DNA of 64,000 nt, taken from assembly GCA_964016885.1 (NCBI GenBank), contig OZ024743.1:85870001-85934000 (forward strand), given 5' to 3'. The notes beneath the pieces were generated by a model. The model did no database searches. It worked only from the letters and a program-made list of their open reading frames with translations, and had not been told where the DNA came from. Made by a program: the position numbers and the translations under genes. The stretch comes from Eledone cirrhosa. Lineage: Eukaryota. This document shows, piece after piece, positions 12,445-30,882 of the stretch. How positions within the stretch are numbered: the stretch's first letter is position 1; each line of letters starts with the position of its first letter.

Positions 12445-14041
12445 AGATTTTCTTTTGGTTGTTGAAATTGTGTCCAGTTTTTGTTGTTTCGTTCCAAGCC
12501 ATCCCTAATATTGCGACACTGTATTTAGGACTAGGTGGTCCAGTGTATCCCTTAGTTTTTTGTTAGACTGAAGGGATCTGAAGGAGATTTAACTGCTATT
12601 TCTAGCAGGTTAATTGACCATGTAGAGGTTCCGTTCACTTTTCACTTTTTTATCCCATTTAATTTATTTTTTCTCTCTTCCTGTTTGTCTATCATGTGAA
12701 ATATATAAATAAAATTGAGATTGTTATTCAATATTTTCTTACAAAAGCATGAAAAGCCGAGACTTTTTAGGGGCAGGAGAGAAGTGGTGGTGGTGATGAT
12801 GCTGGCAGAGGAAATAGAATGTTGTGATGTTCATGCCAGTTCAGTACATTTATCTTGTGAGGTGGGAGAAAGAAAGAAAAGCACTAATTATAACAGAAGT
12901 AGAATTTTTGGGAGTGCTCCAGCATGGACTTGGCCAAGACTTAACAGGAGCACAAGAGAGAAGTGTGCATGTGTGTGGGGGAAAACAATGAAGATCAATG
13001 ACCACAATTAACTGAGGCAGCAGTAATAACGATGGTGGCGGTGGCGGCAGTAAGCAGAGGCAGCAGTAATAGTGGAGGTGGTGACAGTAAGAAGAGATGA
13101 TGGTGGTAACAATTGTAGAAGTAGTATTAGTGGTGGTGGTGCCAGAGATAGCAGTAATAGTGGTGTTGGTGGTGGCGGCAGTGGCAGGAAGAGATGATGG
13201 TAAGAGCAGTAGTAGTAGCGGCAGTAGGTAATGAAGAAGTAGATTGGGAAGAGAGCTTTCAGCAGATCTGTTATTACTGAAACTGTCTTAGAGTTAGAGA
13301 TATCCAATAATGGGGATCTGCCTCCATGAAACTCTAAATACGAGCGGGATCTGGTTTGTTATCTGGCTACACCTACAAGGAATTGAACTCATGACAGTTA
13401 CCACTGTTGACAGCGTGGACGTTGTAACTAGGAAAAAAAAAAGGGGGGGGGGGGCTCTTAACACCTGATAGTGTGACACACAGCATGTCTTTGGTATTTT
13501 AAAACTGGTGGAGCCCATCCCTCTCCAAGTCAGTACTCAGCTGATCTCTAAGAGAAAGAAAGATGGGGGAGAATCAACCCAGTACTAGACTAGTACTAGA
13601 TTTATCAACCTTGAAAGAATGAAAGGCAAAAGTTGACTTCAGCAGGATTTGAACTCAGAGACCAGTGAGTTGGAATACCAAGGACCTTTAACTAATTATT
13701 TTGAAGTAGACTGGGTCATTGTTTTCTTTGGACAGTGCTGGTGACAGAATTGTAACACCTGCTAACAGTGCCTCTACATGATAGTATCACCTGCTAGAAA
13801 TAGCTGCTGAACTACCTCAAATCACACCATACCATCCAAAGAAGGTTGTGGTCGGAACTCCTTTGATCATAGGTCTGCTCAGTTATTGCCAATCTGCTTG
13901 GCTTGTTTACCAGTGCCCAATAAACTCAGTCATCTATATTGTACTCTTAGATATTAAAAATACAAAGATAAGTAATCCTTTCAACAGATCCAAATAACCA
14001 TAGGAGCCAGCTCATGTTTAATTCCAGCTTCTGTAATTTAA

Positions 14042-14249
14042 TCCTTCAGCATTTAAACCAGCTGTTTCTGGCCATAATTCTCTCACCTCTTTCTGTTCAA
14101 ACCAGTTGTAACTAGCCACTCATATTGATGTTAAGGTATTGATCTCAAAACAAATAATATCAAAATCTCATAGATTCGATATTATGTGAGATAAAGCCTT
14201 TACTATGAAAATATAATAGTAAATATAAAGTAATGTAAATGCTAAAGGG
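14042..14249 (-). mobile_element. piggyBac-type MITE
   Basis: TTAA on both sides; ends AATGCTAAAGGG|TTAA; reverse complement of 1959-2171. Confidence 0.75.
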
Positions 14250-15400
14250 TTAAGGCAGATGAAATATAAATTTGGCCTTACTTCCTTGGATAAGATGCTT
14301 GTCTACTGTAGGTAAATTCCCTATAAAGAACTTGATACTTATTCCCTCAGTCAGTTGAATGAATGAAAGTCATGTAGAATTATGTGCTTGGCAAGGAGAC
14401 AAAATTATATATTATATGTCCTTCAGCTGATATAGATCTGCAATCCAATAGTTGGTAGGTTAATAATTTATCAACTCAATCATTTGATTTCTACTAATAA
14501 ACTTTTATTGGATTATTTTATGGAGGTAATATGTTTTCCAGTTCCACCTCACTGCAGTGCTATTTTGATATTAACCTTATCACTGTTATTATTAGTATTA
14601 TTGTTATACCAGTAATACACTGGGATAATTGCTGGCCTTGTGCCAAAAGTAGAAAATTATTATTGTTATTCCTATTTTTATTGCATGTCACCGCTGCATT
14701 ACCGAGCACAGCTGTGTACCTTGGGTATATGCAGTGTTGTTTCTATTCTATTAAGAGTACTCCTCATATATGTGTGCAGTGTATAGTAGTGCACTGTATG
14801 CTGCATATATTTGTATGTCCTTATCTTTTTGATCAAGTTCAAAGACTTTGAAAAAAAAAAAAATAAATAAATAAATAAATAAATAAAAATAAATAAAAAA
14901 CAAAATTAAAAAATCCAACCCACACATATGCAGGTTTAGTTGGCCTCATACAAGATTGTATCTCGTAAATTTCTCGGGTGTTTTAATGATAGGGGACCTA
15001 AAGCAAAGACACTTTAATTCTAATTAATAGGAGATTGCCATGTTCCTGCTTTCCTTTAAAGGCATTAGCTGTATAAAGGATGTGAATCTATTTCTAGTGA
15101 GGAATCAACAGTATGACATGCACATTGTTACAGGCTGTGGAACCCTAATTTCTAATAATACCAAAGCTAAATTGGTGGATTGGCAGAATTGTTAAAGCGT
15201 TGGACAAAATGATCTGCAGTGTCTCTCCGGCACTTTACGTTCTGAGTTCAAATTTCACCGAGGTCAACTTTGCCTTTTATGCTTCTGGGATTGATATAAT
15301 CAACATTCTCCTCCCACCAAATGCTGTCCTTCTGTCCAAATCAGAAACCATTATTAATACTATTACTATTACCAGGTGTATCACTCTCACACCCACTTAA

Positions 15401-21060
<5,660 letters not shown>

Positions 21061-21460
21061 GGTGGCTGCCAACTCGCTCTCGAGTACGGCCACTACTTTA
21101 TATCCATGTAGGAGAACCCCTACCGATGCGCTGAACGAGTGTGACATTTTAGTCCAGCCAGCGAATTGAAAACTCTGGTACAAACACTACACTTTTGACA
21201 ATTATTGACACATAGTGCTGGGCCCATGGTACCATGTGACGACAAGTGCAGAGAGATCTCCAGATATAAAGCAATGCATGTGCCGTGAAGCTTTTATAGT
21301 GAGCAAAGGCACTGCACAAAGCCAGTCCCACTCTCTTAACGAAGATGGTATTTACCAAAAAGAAGAACAAGTCAACATCATTGGATACCATCAGGGTTGC
21401 AGGTGTTATATCAGAGTTTTCCTTCTCCTAGAATTCTGCCATGACAAAGGCTAAGGGGTA
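21061..21460 (-). mobile_element. Unidentified ~400 bp interspersed repeat embedded in microsatellite (copy 1)
   Basis: Near-identical to the reverse complement of 49432-49815 and 50949-51198; strand assigned by assuming the fixed end is 3'. Confidence 0.8.
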
Positions 21461-21605
21461 CATACATATATACATACATACATATCTACATATATATATA
21501 TATATACATATGTACATACATATATATATACATATATACATACATATCTACATACATATCTACATATATATATATATACATACATATACATATATATATA
21601 CATAC

Positions 21606-21940
21606 ATCATTTCATTTTACGTTCGCTTGTTCCCTGCTTGCAAGGGTGGGACGGGAACTGATTCTGGCTTGATTTCTACAGCTGGATGCCCTTCCTAACA
21701 CCAACAACATTTACAGTGAGTGCTGGGTGCTTTTTTGCCGTGGCACCTCCACGCCCACTTTGCAGTGGAATGATATGGACCCCAGTTTCTATCATCTCAT
21801 TTCTACAGCTGAGTAAACTGGAGCAATGTGAAATAAAGTGTCTTGCCCAAGGAATCAACACATCACTCGGTCTGAGAATTGAACTCACAACCTTTCGACT
21901 GCAAAGCCAATACTCTAACCACTAAGCCATGTACCTCCAC
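21606..21940 (-). mobile_element. Composite SINE: tRNA-like head, CORE-like body, RTE 5'UTR piece and RTE 3' tail
   Basis: Minus strand: TGGCTTAGTGGTTAG ... GAGTTCAATTC, CCTTGGGCAAGACACTTTA, GGTGTTAGGAAGGGCATCCAGC, then CCGTCCCACCCTTGCAAGCAGGGAA as at the RTE 3' end near 32295. Confidence 0.75.
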
Positions 21941-22344
21941 CATATATATATACATACATATATATATACATATCTACATATATACATACATATACATATA
22001 CATATCTACATACATACATATCTGCATACATATATACATACATACCTGCATACATATATATATACATACATACCTGCATACATATATATATACATATATA
22101 TATATACATACCGATCTACATATATATATATATATATACATACATATATGCATACATATATATACATACATAACTACATACATATATATATATATATATA
22201 TACATACATACATATCTGCATACACATATATATATATATATATACATACATACATATCTGCATACACACATATATATATATATATATATATACATACATA
22301 CATACATGCATACATATATATATATATACATACATACATACATG

Positions 22345-22400
<56 letters not shown>

Positions 22401-22404
22401 CATG

Positions 22405-22440
<36 letters not shown>

Positions 22441-22731
22441 CATACATGCATACATATATATATATATATATATATACATACATACATATCTGCATACACA
22501 TATATACACATACATACATATCTGCATACGTATAAATATATATATACATATCTACATACATACATACATAATACATACATACATACATACATAATATATA
22601 TATACATACATACATAATATATATATACATACATACATACATACATACATAATATATATATACATACATACATACATACATAATATATATATACATACAT
22701 ACATACATACACACATACATAATATATATAT

Positions 22732-22778
<47 letters not shown>

Positions 22779-22961
22779 TACATATATACATACATACATA
22801 CATATATATACATACATACATATCTACATACATATATATACATACATACATACATATACATACATACATACATACATATACATACATACATACATACCTA
22901 CATACATATACATACATATACATACATACATACACATACATACATACATATATATACATAC

Positions 22962-23012
<51 letters not shown>

Positions 23013-23690
23013 CATACCTACATACATATATATACATACATACCTACATACATATATATATACATACATACCTACATATATATATACATACATACCTACA
23101 TACATATATATATACATACATACCTACATATATATATACATACATACCTACATATATATATACATACATACCTACATACATATATATATATACACATACA
23201 TATCTACATATATATATATATACATACCTACATATGTATATATATATACATACCTACATATGTACGTATATATATATATATACACACATACATATCTACA
23301 TATATATATATATACATACCTACATATGTACGTATATATATATATATATATATACATACACATACATATATACATACACATACATATCTACATATATATA
23401 TATATATATACATATACACATACCTCCATACATATATATATATATACATGCATACCTACATATACATACATACATACATACATACACACACACGCATGCA
23501 TATATACATACGCACACACACACGCATGCATATATACATACGCACACACACACATATATATACATACATATCACGATACATTAACGGAGCCATAGACTCT
23601 CGCCTTTCCCTGTACATACACACACAGATACACGTTCCCTGTACTATATATATACACGCATACATATATATATATATACACACACACACA
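21941..23690. repeat. Compound microsatellite (TA)/(TACA)/(CA) with TCTACA/CCTACA variants, ~1.75 kb
   Basis: Directly visible. Confidence 0.95.
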
Positions 23691-24280
23691 CGAAAATCTA
23701 ACAAAGTACTTGCTTGGGATTGCCTGTAACCTGGAGCTGACTAGAAATATTCAAAAATCCATACACTTACAGACACACCTCACCACACATATATATATAC
23801 CACTCACACATACGCACCTCACCAGACATATACACACCACACATATACATACCACTCAGACATACACACCACATACATACACAATGCAAGAGATATTTTG
23901 AAAAATTAAGCCACAAAAAGAAAATATAACATGGCATTGTAAAGATTTCTCCAAGAGATATTAAACACGTGTTGTTTTGAACTGTACAATGGTAGCACTG
24001 TTAAAAATTCAGTCTCCACAATGAATTAACAGGTCTTGAAAAAAATCTTCACCTGCTAGTAGTAATAGTAGTAGTAGTAATAGTTATATTAGTAACAGTT
24101 GTGGTAGCAGTAGTTGTAGTGGTTGTGATGGTGTGGTAGCATTGGTTGTGGTGGTAGTTTCAATGAGTTGCACTTGCTGAGAAGTTAATACACCAGGGAA
24201 GGGAAGGTTTTAAAAAAAATCTTTGGTTTAGCTTTGTTTTGTTGATGATTTGTTTGTTGTTTTGTTTTGTTTTGTTTGTT

Positions 24281-24401
24281 TCACAGCATTCCAAAACCTT
24301 TGGAATAGTTAATGGCTTTCAAAAGTCGGTCTTGAAGTTTTTCCCGATTAGAATAATCAGGCAGTAACAATACATTAAAACAGGTATGGGATGTAGGGAG
24401 T
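24281..24401 (-). CDS. UBE3A: UBE3A/E6-AP HECT E3 ligase, last coding exon (catalytic Cys)
   Basis: Acceptor ttttcag; (R)[39 protein letters not shown], the diagnostic E6-AP C-terminus. Confidence 0.96.
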
Positions 24402-24732
24402 CTGAAAAATAAGACAAAAATAAATAAACAAACAGAATAATGATTTTTGAGGAAAAATAATTTGTAAGATATTTTTTGTTGTTTGCCACACATACATGAA
24501 TATAACACACAAACACAGATGTAGGCCACTCTTATAGATACACATGAATATAACATACATACATACAGACACACGCAACATAGATGTATGTCACACATAT
24601 GAATATAACATTCACTCACTCATACACACAACACAGATGCACACACACATGAATATAACATACACACACATTATACAATGGAAAAAAAAAAAAAAAAAAA
24701 ATCCCAATAACTCTGGTATTTCAAAGGCTTAC

Positions 24733-24876
24733 CGGTCAGAATCAGGGCCATTGCGGGCAATTATTAACTTGACTTTGGAGAGGCCTCCTATTGGAACCCT
24801 GTCTGTTCCTGTGGTGAACTGTAATAGCTTCCGTTGTTGTTCTTCAGTAAATTCATGAACCACAGACCAAAAATTT
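24733..24876 (-). CDS. UBE3A: UBE3A internal exon (144 nt)
   Basis: acag/gtaag flanks; [47 protein letters not shown](R). Confidence 0.95.
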
Positions 24877-25594
24877 CTGTTGATATAACAAAACACACAT
24901 TTCACTGTTAATTCAGGGAAAGAAATAAGAGAGGATGTGGTCTAACCCAGGCAGGCATGGAAAATAGATGTTAAATTGATGATGATGATACACAATGAAA
25001 TCCACTCTGTGTACTCTGTAAAGTTTTTGGTGTTAGGAAGGGAATCCAGCAATAGAAATCATGACCCAAATTGGAATGTATTAGCTCTTTTTTTTTACCA
25101 TTCTCTCAGTCTTGTGCCCTACCTTTCCTTTGACCATTCCATGTGTATGTGTGTGTGCATATATACGTGTGTATGTATGTATGCCTATTTGTGTGCATGT
25201 ATGTGTGTATGCCTGTATGTATGTGTGTGCGTATGTATGAATGCATATGTGTCTGTCTGTATATATATATAGACAATATGCCCCCCACACCCTCCCACTG
25301 CAAAAAAGCACCCAGCCAACACTGTAAAGTGGATGTGTAGGCGCCACGGAAAAAAGCACTCAGCATTCTCTGTAAATAGGTTGGTGTTAGGAAGGGCATC
25401 CAGCTGTAGAAATCAAGCCAGAATCAGTCCCCGTATGAGCAAGGACACTGCCCACAACAGGACAACCTGTCTAACCCATGCTAGCGTGGAAGAACGGATG
25501 TAAAACGTTGATGATGATGATATATATGTATGTATGTATGAATGTATATGTCTATGTGTATATGAATAAGAAGGTAGTAGCCGTGTACACCCAC

Positions 25595-25668
25595 CTTATG
25601 GTACAAGAGTCATTTGTGAAGCCACCATCATATTCAGTAGCTTCCTCTAAAGCATGGAAATCAAATTG
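25595..25668 (-). CDS. UBE3A: UBE3A internal exon (74 nt)
   Basis: ttccag/gtggg flanks; QFDFHALEEATEYDGGFTNDSCTI(R). Confidence 0.94.
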
Positions 25669-26300
25669 CTGGAAAAAATAAACAAATACAACATATTACA
25701 CATATAAATATTAACCATGGCACTAACATAGCGTCATTTATAATAGAGTTGTATATGAAAGCAAATACAATATGTTTATGTAGAGTTATAATGACTTGCT
25801 ATGAATGTTTTAAACCTTGATCATATCACAGTTTAGTAGCCATGTGAAATTGTCTGACATTTGTGTCTTGGGATTTTTTTATCCATCACCAGTGAGTTGG
25901 AATTGAAATTAGAATGGTTTCTGATTTAGGCACAAAGCCAACAATTTGGGGGAAGGGAAAGTCAATTAAATCAACCCCGTAAGGATGAAAGGCAAATCTA
26001 ACCATGGCGGGATTTGAACTCAGAACGTAAAGGGGCGTAGCTCTATGCCGCGAAGCATGGTGCCTGACGCTCTATTGATACTGCCAATCCACCATCCTTC
26101 GTACTGAAATTAGAATAAGCTATAGTTGGTATACTTTTTGTGTATAAAGAAAGCATCCTGGAGAAGTTACGCTCTATATGCAAACGATATTCTCCAGCAG
26201 ATGTTTTACATGAAAAAAGTATATATTATTGGTTTATTGTAGGTTTCTTTTCAATTTATGGTACGACATTCTTACACATTTCAGTTTCATATTACTGACG

Positions 26301-26893
26301 TACAAAAGCTGACTGGAAAGTTCATAGACTGACCAAGATTCCCTCATGGAATATGACCAAATGAGGTTGATCTGATCAACCTGGTGCGCTTTTGATTAAA
26401 GTGTCAGAAGACATGGAACACACCAAACAGAAACCTTTCTCATGCCAAGTTCATTGTGCAGAATATTCTCAACTCTCTCACAGGATATGTTAATAGCATT
26501 CGCTATTTGATTTACAGTCAATCGCCTGTCATCCATCACCATGTGATGAACACGATCAATGTTTTCCTTGGTGGTGGCAGCTGCAGGTTGTCCAGACCTT
26601 TGGTCATCTTCAAAACTTTCCTTTCCCCTCCTAAATTCAGCTGGAGCATTATCCCCTAATGTAGCAGTCATGTCAGTATGAATGTCCTGCAGGTACTTGA
26701 TGATACCACAATGCCAAATTTAGTCCATTTTCAAGAGAAGTCGCTACTAATTACATGTCTTCCTTTAACTGTCAGTTTACCTGGAAGGAAACAATGCAGT
26801 TATTAATAAGTTGAAATTATTGCATGCAATATTTCACAGCTCTAACATCACCCCTTCATAATCAGCCTATGAACGTTTCAAATCACCCTTGTA
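26301..26893 (-). mobile_element. Internally deleted mariner transposon
   Basis: Imperfect ~30 bp TIRs (TACAAAAGCTGACTGGAAAGTTCATAGACTGA / TCAGCCTATGAACGTTTCAAATCACCCTTGTA) with TA ends; transposase N-terminal remnant EDDQRSGQP..RRLTV..ILHNELGMRKV..VP.LLT. Confidence 0.88.
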
Positions 26894-27022
26894 CTTTAAT
26901 ATATTGCAAAATATTTTAAAAAGCTCCCAAAAATACTTTTGGATCATTGTCAACAGCAGTTGTACAGTGATATCAAGACTGATATTTACAAACAGAAGAA
27001 TACCAAAAACCTTTTGACTCAC

Positions 27023-27178
27023 CTTGCTGCCACATACTAATAGCTCTACCTCTTCTGGACGAAACAAAGCATGTAGAGGGCTCTCATTTGTCACCATTCG
27101 GAATCCGCACTTAAAGGCATGGAATTGTCTTTCCACAGACCGGTTTAGCAAGTAATCAGCATACAAAGTCACAAATTC
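27023..27178 (-). CDS. UBE3A: UBE3A internal exon (156 nt)
   Basis: tttgtag/gtgagt flanks; [52 protein letters not shown]. Confidence 0.95.
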
Positions 27179-27989
27179 CTACAAACAAATTTAGATTGGT
27201 GGGTTATAATTAAACATAAGCAGCGGAAATGGGGATAGGGTGCCTAACTCCGGAAGTCACTCTAGGTAAAGCCAAAATAAAAGTAACATTAAATTTCAGA
27301 AAAAGATATAAAAAATAAAAATATACAAATATAATTTTTAAAAAAAGTTTCTTCTTTAGACAATATACAATCTTTGCCAGCATACAAGACCTGCCAATTT
27401 CTCTCATATCTGCCTTTCCTATTTTCTAAATCAACCAGAGAGTTACTTCAGGTAGAGCCACTACTTTTCTGCATTGAGAGATCACAGTTTTGAAAGGCAA
27501 AGAGGACCTGAGATATAGTGTCATCTGAAAGTGGCTGATTAACGTAACAGAAACACATACATACACACACTCTCACTCTAGATACATAGTTTCAAACATA
27601 GATTTATACATATACTAACAGAAGTGTAATACACATGACAATGCATAGATTTATACAAGATGTTAAGTATTTCCATAGACAAGGTAAAGGAAAGAAGAGT
27701 GTTCCATGTATAGTACAGAGCTATTTAATTACATAATAAATAACACAATATAATTATACCATTACTAAAGTTTTCAGGAGATTAGACGATGAAATAGTTA
27801 TGTTTTGGATATAAGATTTGAAATTAATATCTATGAAAAATGAAAGTGAGGCTGAGTTAAAATAACATCTTATAAGGGAAAAAAAATATATACATGTACA
27901 CACACACAAAATACATGCACGTATCTATACATACATCCAATTACATTCTTACATAAGTATATAAAAGCATCAACCATATATACACTCAT

Positions 27990-28020
<31 letters not shown>

Positions 28021-28049
28021 GAAGACCTGACCTCCCACGGGTACAAGCC

Positions 28050-28302
28050 AAAGCTGAAGCATATAGACAGTATGCCCCCATCTGCTTCCCACTGTAGGCA
28101 CCACAGTTAAAAAGCACCCAGCACTCACTGTAAATGAGGTTGGTGTTAAGAAGGGCATCCAGCTGTAGAAATCAAGCCAGAATCAGTTCCTATATGAGCA
28201 AGACATGGTCACTCGACCTGGCATTGCCCACAACAGGACAACCCATCTAACCCATGCTAGTGTGGAAGAATGGACGTAAAACGGTGATGATGATGATGAT
28301 GA
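28050..28302 (+). mobile_element. Non-autonomous bipartite RTE derivative (5'UTR piece joined to 3' tail); similar copies at about 25275-25520, 32730-32990, 38350-38610
   Basis: AAAAGCACCCAG..CTGTAAA..GGTGTTAAGAAGGGCATCCAGCTGTAG joined to CTAACCCATGCTAG..GGACGTAAAACGG(TGA)n with no ORF. Confidence 0.7.
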
Positions 28303-28614
28303 TATATATATATAGATAGATACACGCACACACATATATATACATAAGTACATGCTCATATATACATATATATACACATATGCGCACGTGCACATATACA
28401 ATAAAAGTCAGTGTAAAGATATATTTAAAAATACAATGTGGACATACATACATATATATATATATACACACACACAACTATATATACACAACACATATAT
28501 ACAAAATACATATATGTAAAATTGGTCATATATGCATATATACGATATATATATATATACACACACACACCTATATTATATGGGTATATACATATATATT
28601 CACATACATATAAA

Positions 28615-28652
<38 letters not shown>

Positions 28653-28728
28653 CATATATATTCACATACATATAAACGCATATATATATATATATATATA
28701 CATACATATATATTCACATACATATAAA

Positions 28729-28764
<36 letters not shown>

Positions 28765-29189
28765 CATACATACACACATACGTATGTTCATACACAGAAA
28801 AAAATAAATATATTAGCACTCAAAAATATTCATACATATCTATGAATATGTTAAGTATATTTGCAGAGAGGAGTTTTCGGTGCTATAATTAGGGATGAAG
28901 TAAGTTTGGATAAAAAACATATGTAAGTGTTATAAGTAACTGAAATTATATATGTGTGTCAAATATATCATTAGAAAGAAGGAGTGTTCAGGGTGTCTTA
29001 TAGAGTATACTTAGTGAAAAAAATGAGAACAATCAATATGTGAGAGTTATAGGTATAACAAAAACATGTAATCATAGTCAATACGCGAGTGTTGTTTGTG
29101 TGTTATGGGTATAACTAAATGTATGTATTCATATTAAATATAAGTTCAGGACAGTTAGTTTTAATGCTATTTCATAATTGAAAAATATG

Positions 29190-30880
29190 TTCAAGGTGGA
29201 TGCGTGTTCAAATTGATGCTATATTTATTCCAACAGGAAAGCAGATGGGATCTTATATGTGGGCAACTTTTGAGAATTTCAGTTTTAGAGTTAAGACAAG
29301 TATTTGGAGATTTCAGGTTTTGTAGAATTCTATATTTCTGACTTATCCATAAAGTACATTTTCTTATTCTTTTGATTGGTCTAAAATGGACCAATCAATT
29401 ACATATGGAATTCCACATTCTTTCATCTCCCACGCACTGTTTGCCAGCACCGTGGCTTTCTTTTTTCAGGATGTCTGAAGGAAGCGACATGTGCATAATG
29501 TCTTTGTTTGAATTTATCTTGAGTCATACCCACATATCGCTCACTGGCAGCTGGTTGGTTGGTGTTTACAGGTGTCACTTTAGCCTCATATACAATAAAT
29601 TTTATGTTACATTTGCCCTGTAGAGGACATTCTCCTGCATTTCTGTGTGAACATCCTCGATTTTCTGTTTATTTTTCCATTGGTAATCTTAGATTTCATA
29701 GAAGCACTGCATAAATAGCTAATCTTGACTAAATTTCTATTAAATATTTTATTATATCTATGCTAGTGTGGAAGATGAACGTTAAATGATGATGATGATG
29801 ATGATGCTTGTTGGGGAAAATGCTTATCTAATGGATCAAGGAACTTTCTGCTTACATTTGTTTTTACTGCTAATGAAAAGGGTGGTGTAAACCAAATTAT
29901 TTTTCTTTTTCTATTATTATGTTTAATAGTATTAGTAGGATTAGGTATATATTTAACTGATTCGTTAAAACCACTATTTTTAAGGGCCTGCTTTATTAAA
30001 TATTTCTTCAGAAGAAGAGAGGGTTGATATCCTACGACTAATATTCGGGATAAGGTTTTTAAATACTCTGGGGTAATGGCATGACCCTATATTCACATAT
30101 CTTAAATTTTCATTAAGTTTATGATATAGCTTAAAAGAATCAGTAAGTAAATCAAGATTAACATCGAGGAAGTTAACATTAGTTAGATTTGTATCTATTG
30201 TGATTTTAAGATTTAGATTAGAGAAGGTTTTTATCAAATCTTTACAAAATTTGTCAAGATCATGGCCATTGGTGGTATGAGAGACTGCTAGTCCATCATC
30301 TCGATATAATCCGATAGTGTAAATTTCTCTTTAAGTGTGTGGAGGAGGAATAAGCTAACTAAATCATACACATCGGCACTATCGAAAGAGGATTTTCTGG
30401 GTTTTATATTTTTTACCCAGGTTTTGTCTTTGACAAAAGGTAATGTTTTTCTGGCATGCAAAATTACATCTTCCTCTAGTTCTGATATATCAGTAAATTG
30501 TCTAGCAAATTTTAATGCTTTGACTAATAAGGAGTGAGTAATAGAAGGGTAGAAATCTACTATATCAAATTCGGTAAATCTAGACATATTTTTCTTTTGT
30601 ATATTATTAAACCAAGATATAACAGGAGATATTTAACCATTGAAATAATTCTGATTTACTTCTTATTTGTTTAATTTCCTAAGATTACTAGCAAGACCAA
30701 TTTCTGATTTAGCAGGGTTAATAAGTCTACAATTAGGTTGGTTATTTGGATTTATTTTATGGTCTTTAAGTGTAATATAGGCTTTACGTTTTGCTAGGCT
30801 TGCAGTTCTATCATCTATTCTTAATTTTCTTATTATATCTTTAGCTTCATTATTTATATTATCATTATTTATATTATCAA
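29190..30880 (-). mobile_element. Penelope-like element (Naiad-like RT and C-terminal remnant), degenerate, downstream part
   Basis: FDIVDFYPSI, HARKTL, SFDSADV.DLV, YRDDGL, VNFLDVNLDL, and C-terminal LNSKTEILKSCPH..HLL. Confidence 0.75.
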
Positions 30881-30882
30881 AA

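Noticed and set aside
13008-13307. Pro/Leu/Thr-rich 99 aa ORF
   Set aside because: Degenerate (GTA/GTG/GCA)n trinucleotide tract with no splice or homology support.
28183-28845. Overlapping Y/I/H-rich ORFs
   Set aside because: Same microsatellite artefact, inside a UBE3A intron.
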